Positions 59,543-64,000 of a stretch of DNA of 64,000 nt are shown one piece after another; the stretch's first letter is position 1, and each line of letters begins with the position of its first letter. This stretch comes from Dehalococcoidia bacterium (GTDB lineage: Bacteria > Chloroflexota > Dehalococcoidia > UBA2979), in contig OZ244720.1 in assembly GCA_965219085.1 (NCBI GenBank), positions 1,792,001 to 1,856,000 on the forward strand, in the 5' to 3' direction. The position numbers and the translations under genes are program-made. The notes beneath the pieces were generated by a model. That model was given only the letters and a program-made list of their open reading frames with translations. It did no database searches and had not been told where the DNA came from.

Positions 59543-60943
59543 TCAAGCTCCGGCGAGGGGTTGTAGCGTAGGCAGCGGACGGGCCGGCGCCGGAGCGCTC
59601 TGCGACTCCTGACCGCGGCGGCCCGTCCCCTTGCGCGAGCCCGCGCGGGGGCCGAGTCGCTGGCGGCGCACCTCGGCTGGGACGCTGTAGCGCTCGGCGA
59701 CGATGCTCCGCCCCTCGGCCACGGAGACGGGCTGGCCGTCGCAGTCGCGGATGACGTAGCGCTCGCCGCGCCGCCAGCAGGCGACGACGCGCGTGAGCAG
59801 CGTGGTGGCGATATGGCAGAGCGCCGAGTTGTGGTGCTTGCCGGCGGCGACCATGAGCCGCTGGTAACGGGCGGCGAGCGTGGGGTCGATGCGCCGCGCA
59901 TGGTCGGCGGCGATGAAGATCGCCTCGCGCAGGGCGGCGTCGCCGCGGCGGGTCGGACGGCCGTGGCGGCCGCTCACGCCGGAGGCGTTGAGCGAGGGCA
60001 CGAGCCCGCTGAAGGAGCGCACCCCGGCGAGGGAGCGGAAGCGGTTGGGATCGCCGAGGCGGGCGAGGATCTGGGGACCGGTGACGGGACCGATGCCCGG
60101 CGCCGAGGTGAGGATCGCCTCGGGGTCGGCCTCCTCGAAGAGGAGCGCGATGCGCTCGTCGAGCGCGGCGACCTCGTCTGTGAGGATGAGGGCGAGCCTG
60201 GCCTCGACGGCGATGTCCTCGGCGAGCTGGTCGAAGTCGAAGGCGTCCTCCCAGAGCGCGAGCGTCTCCTCCGCGGCGTCCAGCAGCGCCGCAGCGTGCT
60301 CCGGGCCCCAATGGCCGCGCGAGTGGCGATACAGGAAGCGCCCGAGGCGCGCCCGGCCGAGCCGTTCCACCGTGTCGGGACAGGCGTAGCCGGCTGCAAG
60401 GAACCGCAGCGGGGTCTTGTTGGCGAGGTCGGCGCGGAAGGCCTCCAGCCACTTCGGCCCGAGCAGCTCCAGCAGCGCGTCGAGCCGCGCCAGCGACTTC
60501 GTGCGCCGCTGCACCAGGCTCTGACGCAGCCGCGTCGCGCGCCGCAGCGGGTCGCCCGGCCCGAGGCCGTGCTCGTCGTGCAGCCCCTCGGGGTGCAGCA
60601 GCGGGAGCCGCGCCAGCAGACGCGAGTCGAGCCGGTCGCTCTTGGTGTGCTTATGGTAGTAGTCGCGCAGGTCCGCCGAGCGCTCCGGCGGCACCAGCAC
60701 GACGCGTGCGCCGCGACGGCGGAACCAGGCGGCGAGCGCCACCCAGGCGTTGCGCGTGGGCTCCAGGATCACCAGCACCTCGGTGTCTGTTCCTCGCTCG
60801 GGCAGCATCGCCCACAGCCGCTCGAGGTCTTCGGCCCCGGTGCGGAAGCGGTGTCCGCTCCAGAGGAAGCGCCCGCTCTCGTCGGCGAGGCTCGCCTGGT
60901 GGGCGGCCCGGGACGCGACGTCGATTCCCAACCACAGCTGCAT
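59543..60943 (-). CDS. IS110-family DEDD recombinase (transposase)
   Basis: LGIDVA, ILEPT, KSDRLDS, SAPGIG, FSGLVP..NASG. Confidence 0.93.
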   Translation of the reverse strand: MQLWLGIDVASRAAHQASLADESGRFLWSGHRFRTGAEDLERLWAMLPERGTDTEVLVILEPTRNAWVALAAWFRRRGARVVLVPPERSADLRDYYHKHTKSDRLDSRLLARLPLLHPEGLHDEHGLGPGDPLRRATRLRQSLVQRRTKSLARLDALLELLGPKWLEAFRADLANKTPLRFLAAGYACPDTVERLGRARLGRFLYRHSRGHWGPEHAAALLDAAEETLALWEDAFDFDQLAEDIAVEARLALILTDEVAALDERIALLFEEADPEAILTSAPGIGPVTGPQILARLGDPNRFRSLAGVRSFSGLVPSLNASGVSGRHGRPTRRGDAALREAIFIAADHARRIDPTLAARYQRLMVAAGKHHNSALCHIATTLLTRVVACWRRGERYVIRDCDGQPVSVAEGRSIVAERYSVPAEVRRQRLGPRAGSRKGTGRRGQESQSAPAPARPLPTLQPLAGA

Positions 60944-60969
60944 ACAGTCGCTCCGTTCCTGCACCCCCG

Positions 60970-61225
60970 CGCTCACTCGGTCCGCGCTGGCCACCGGAGA
61001 GGGACGTCGTACCGGACATTCGCTAACAGGGATCCGGGCGCCACCGCCCGGTCACCGGGTTCCCAACAGGACGCTTCGTCCCCGGCGGTGGCCCCGCCCG
61101 CCTCGTGGTCAACAGGCCAGGAGTCGCGTTGCGCTCCGATCGGTCAATCAACGACGGCGGACAGGCGCCGGACCCTCTGATCCTGAGGCCGGCCGGCCGG
61201 TCCGGCCAGCATCCGGAGGGCAGAT
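60970..61225 (-). ncRNA. Putative bridge RNA (ends approximate)
   Basis: Minus strand in order: TGACCGATC (61146-38), hairpin, GGCCTGTTG (61118-10), TTGGGAACCC (about 61066-57), GAATG (61021-17); partial matches to target and donor junctions. Confidence 0.62.
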
Positions 61226-62061
61226 CCAGATTGAATGTCCGTCATCACCGCTTCGACCGTGATGCCCTGTTCAGCGAACCAGTCGAGCGTCCGCTCGAGG
61301 AACGCGAGGGCATCGTGGCGGCGGTCCGTGGGGAGCACCTCGGCGTAGGCCAGCCGCGAGTGGTCGTCGACGGCGACGTGCACGTGCTGCCAGCCCGCGC
61401 GCGGGCTGCGCGTGACCCCGTCGCCCAGGATGCGCTTACCGACGTGCCAGAAGCGCCCCAGCTTCTTGGTGTCTATGTGCAGCAGCTCCCCCGGGCGCTC
61501 GCGCTCGTAGCGCACCACCGGGGGTCGCGGCTCGCGCGGCAGCCGCGCGGCCCAGCCGCCGCAGCACCTTGCCCACGGTCGAGGCGGGGCGGCCGAGCAT
61601 CGCGCCCAGGGTGAGCGGGCCGGCCCCGCTGCGCTCGCGCGCGGCCACGATCTCGGCCTCCTCGGCCGGGGAGAGGCGGCGCGGCTGGTGCTTCGGGGTG
61701 GAGGGACGCTCGCGCAGTCCCGCCCAGCCGCCGGCCCGGTAGCGCGCGAGCCAACGGTAGCCCGTGGCACGGCTCGCGCCGACGCTGGCGGCGGCCTTGG
61801 CGGGGCTCATGCCCGCGAGCATCGCGGAGATGGCGCGGCAGCGCGCCTCGAACGAATAGAGCATCCGCTCGGGCCTGTTGGTGGCATCATGCATCGGGAC
61901 CTCCTTCGGAACCTGGGTCGTGTTCAACCCCAAGTCTCGTCGGAGGCCCCTTTGCGATCAGGTGTCTCGCAGGTGTGTAGTCAGTACAGCTAGAGGCTTC
62001 GTGCCCCCAACGGTAGTACGCGAGTCCCGCGAGGATCGTCACCTTGCCGATAGCGAGGTCT

Positions 62062-62529
62062 CTACCGGGCGGCGACGCCCGCGCGCTCACCGTCGATGCG
62101 CGGGTCCCTGTCGAGCCACAGGTCCTCATCGCCGTGGCGGGCCGCCGTGCGAGCGGACGCCACCTGGGCCTCGGCGGCATTGGCGGCGGCGCGAGCGCTG
62201 AAGAGCATGTCGAGCGCGCGGTCGCCCGACTTCAGGGCGCGCCAGCGGGCCTCCCTCGCGTACGTCGGGCCGCGTGTCGCGAGGCGAGTTGCGTCCGCGG
62301 GGCGTTCCTGTTCGGTCAGCGCGAGGTGGTACATCTGCCCGGCGTGCGCGTGCTGTAGTTGGGCCTGCTCCGTCGCCTTCGGGTCGCCGAGGTGACGCGT
62401 ATCCCGCACCGCGGCTGCTGCGCGTCGTACCTCTCCGAGCGTGGAGTCCGCGAACCTCTTGGCCCTCGCCGCGTGCGTCGCGGTCGCCTGCTGGTCGGTC
62501 AGTTCGCTTGTCGCCTGGTTGGTCGTCAT
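62062..62529 (-). CDS. Hypothetical helical protein
   Basis: RBS AGGAG before the ATG; 155 aa. Confidence 0.55.
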   Translation of the reverse strand: MTTNQATSELTDQQATATHAARAKRFADSTLGEVRRAAAAVRDTRHLGDPKATEQAQLQHAHAGQMYHLALTEQERPADATRLATRGPTYAREARWRALKSGDRALDMLFSARAAANAAEAQVASARTAARHGDEDLWLDRDPRIDGERAGVAAR

Positions 62530-63171
62530 CGGGACAGTCTCCTAATGGGTCTTCCGGGAGCACTACGCCGCCGACATCGTGTCGTGCGGCAAGACGGACC
62601 CCCTGTGTTGACGGGAGTCCGCGATTGACCTCGAGGGGTGGGGTGTCACCTGTACGCGCGCACGTAGGAAGCACAGCCACACGCAGAGTCCCGGCGCAGG
62701 GCGCAGGAATCCCCGTGGGGCGATCGTCGAGGTGGCGGGTGAGTGACGAGACACCATGCTGCAGCGAGTGCTGCATGGTGAGCCCTGGGCGCGGATCGAG
62801 GTCGGTCCGCGAGCAGGTGTCCGCTTACACAACTCCGCCCACCGAAGAATGGTGGTCAGCGTTGCGCAGGTGGCCGGAGGTCGTCAGCGTGAGGTGCCGG
62901 GATCTCCTGCGCGCTTGGTTGTTCGCGAGTCCGCAAGCGGAGTCGGGAGCATCGTGCGCGAACGATGTCTAAGCAAGCTCATCCGAAGATGTGCGAGCTG
63001 CTGGCTGGATGGTTGTACGAGGCCGGCGGATGAGAGCGAGTGTCCTCGTCTGCTATCTGCCGCAACTGCTTCGTCCAGTCTCGTGTTTTGGATGAATCCT
63101 GGCTCACGAGTGCAGCGCTGTATTGAGGGCGGTAGTGTCCCCGTCCCGCGACCAGCCAGTCAAGGGGGTTA

Positions 63172-63576
63172 AGCGTCCGTGGACAGACTTTCTCTGTCCG
63201 CAGCGTCCGTGGACACTTTTTCCGCCTCGTCCGCAGCGTCCGTGGACACCTGTCCGCCTCGTCCGCAGCGTCCACGAGGCTCAAGCGCTGCCCACGCACA
63301 GGCCCAGGACGAGCGTCCGCAGCGTCCGCGAGGCTCAAGCGCGGCCCCACGGACAGGCCCAGGACGAGCGTCCGCAGCGTCCGCGAGGCTCAAGCGCGGC
63401 CCCACGGACAGGCCCAGGACGAGCGTCCGCAGCGTCCGCGAGGCTCAAGCGCGGCCCCACGGACAGGCCCAGGACGAGCGTCCGCAGCGTCCACGAGGCT
63501 CAAGCGCGGCCCCACGGACAGGCCCAGGACGAGCGTCCGCAGCGTCCACGAGGCTCAAGCGCGGCCCACGGACAGC
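63172..63576. repeat. Tandem array: about 5.7 copies of a 55-bp unit preceded by three shorter related units
   Basis: Unit GCGTCCGCAGCGTCC(G/A)CGAGGCTCAAGCGCGGCCCCACGGACAGGCCCAGGACGA at 63313, 63368, 63423, 63478, 63533 (partial), with a degenerate copy at 63259. Confidence 0.95.
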
Positions 63577-64000
63577 CCGGAGCAAGGCGCACATGAGTCG
63601 CCAGGGCGCCCTCCGCGCGCCGACAGCGCCGCATGAGGGGGCCATGACCGCCAAAAGTGTCCGTGAGACGTGTCCACGGACAGAATCCATGCACGTTAAC
63701 TATAGATCTCTCTCATTAAGTTTCTTTTCTTGTCTCTCGTCCTCCGCCTCTTCCCGCTCCCCACTCCTCATTCCTCGCTCCTCGCCTCTCGCTTCTCGAC
63801 ACCCCATCCGCATCACCATTCCCCGCCCCATCCTTCCCCGTGCCTTCCACGCTTCTCCACGACCCATCCACTTCCACCCCTCCTGCTCCGTGCCACCTCT
63901 GCTCCTGGCTCATCCACTCTTGCTCCTTCACGCTCCACCCCGGCTCGCCCTGCTCTCCTGGCCCCGGCCACGTCACGGGGATCGCTTCCACCGCGTAGCC

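Larger units (their letters stand above)
59526..61237 (-). mobile_element. IS110-family element (CA core)
   Basis: Core TG (+)/CA (-) at 59526-27 and 61236-37; removal restores ATG ACG GAC AAC GGG. Confidence 0.88.
59239..61894 (-). pseudogene. IS481 transposase, split at the MTD|NG motif and frameshifted near 61550
   Basis: RYERERPGELLHIDTKKL, VDDHSR, MTD|NGPAY, PRTNGKAERF, YNRHRPHGSLG. Confidence 0.88.
59244..61988 (-). mobile_element. IS481-family insertion sequence interrupted by IS110
   Basis: TGT...ACA 27-bp IRs (TGTACTGACCACACAGGTGTGAGACAC); 6-bp target duplication GCTAGA. Confidence 0.92.
53057..64000. mobile_element. Integrative element/genomic island at the 3' end of dnaN (other end not in window)
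   Basis: Recombinase at the boundary overlapping dnaN; no housekeeping genes afterwards; ISs, small cargo genes and repeats. Confidence 0.75.

Noticed and set aside
62530-63170. Coding genes or a structured RNA in this interval
   Set aside because: ORFs lack convincing composition or RBS; one hairpin near 62755-62790 is not enough to call
63172-63576. CRISPR array
   Set aside because: Units are head-to-tail near-identical with no unique spacers, and there are no cas genes in the window
53057-64000. Prophage
   Set aside because: No capsid, terminase, tail or lysis genes within the window; called an integrative element only
1-64000. tRNA or rRNA genes
   Set aside because: None recognised by eye; a tRNAscan/Infernal run would be needed to exclude them

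Overview
High-GC bacterial chromosomal window. The CaiB CoA-transferase expansion, F420-type oxidoreductase, dnaN with no adjacent dnaA, and plant-type LRR/RCC1 surface proteins suggest a Chloroflexota (Dehalococcoidia/SAR202-like), possibly host-associated organism; this is inference only. Intact core blocks: ribD-ribE-ribBA-ribH, sirC-hemA-hemC-cobA/hemD-hemB-HAD-hemL, a xanthine-dehydrogenase-family L-S-M-G operon, dinB, ltaE and dnaN. Two mobile hot spots stand out. (1) At 7.4-13.4 kb an IS5-family element has been split by two IS110-family elements and one IS1380; removing them restores an exact 1077-bp ORF. (2) From 53 kb to the window end is an island beginning with a large serine recombinase whose 3' end overlaps the 3' end of dnaN; it carries IS3, IS481 (split by a third IS110), small cargo genes, 89-bp direct repeats and a 55-bp tandem array. 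Main discovery: all three IS110-family elements sit inside other transposase genes, and each non-coding end contains segments matching both sides of its own insertion site and its own end junction. These read as bridge/seekRNA guides programmed against transposase codons, including the catalytic TDNG motif of IS481. Many accessory genes are pseudogenised while housekeeping genes are intact.
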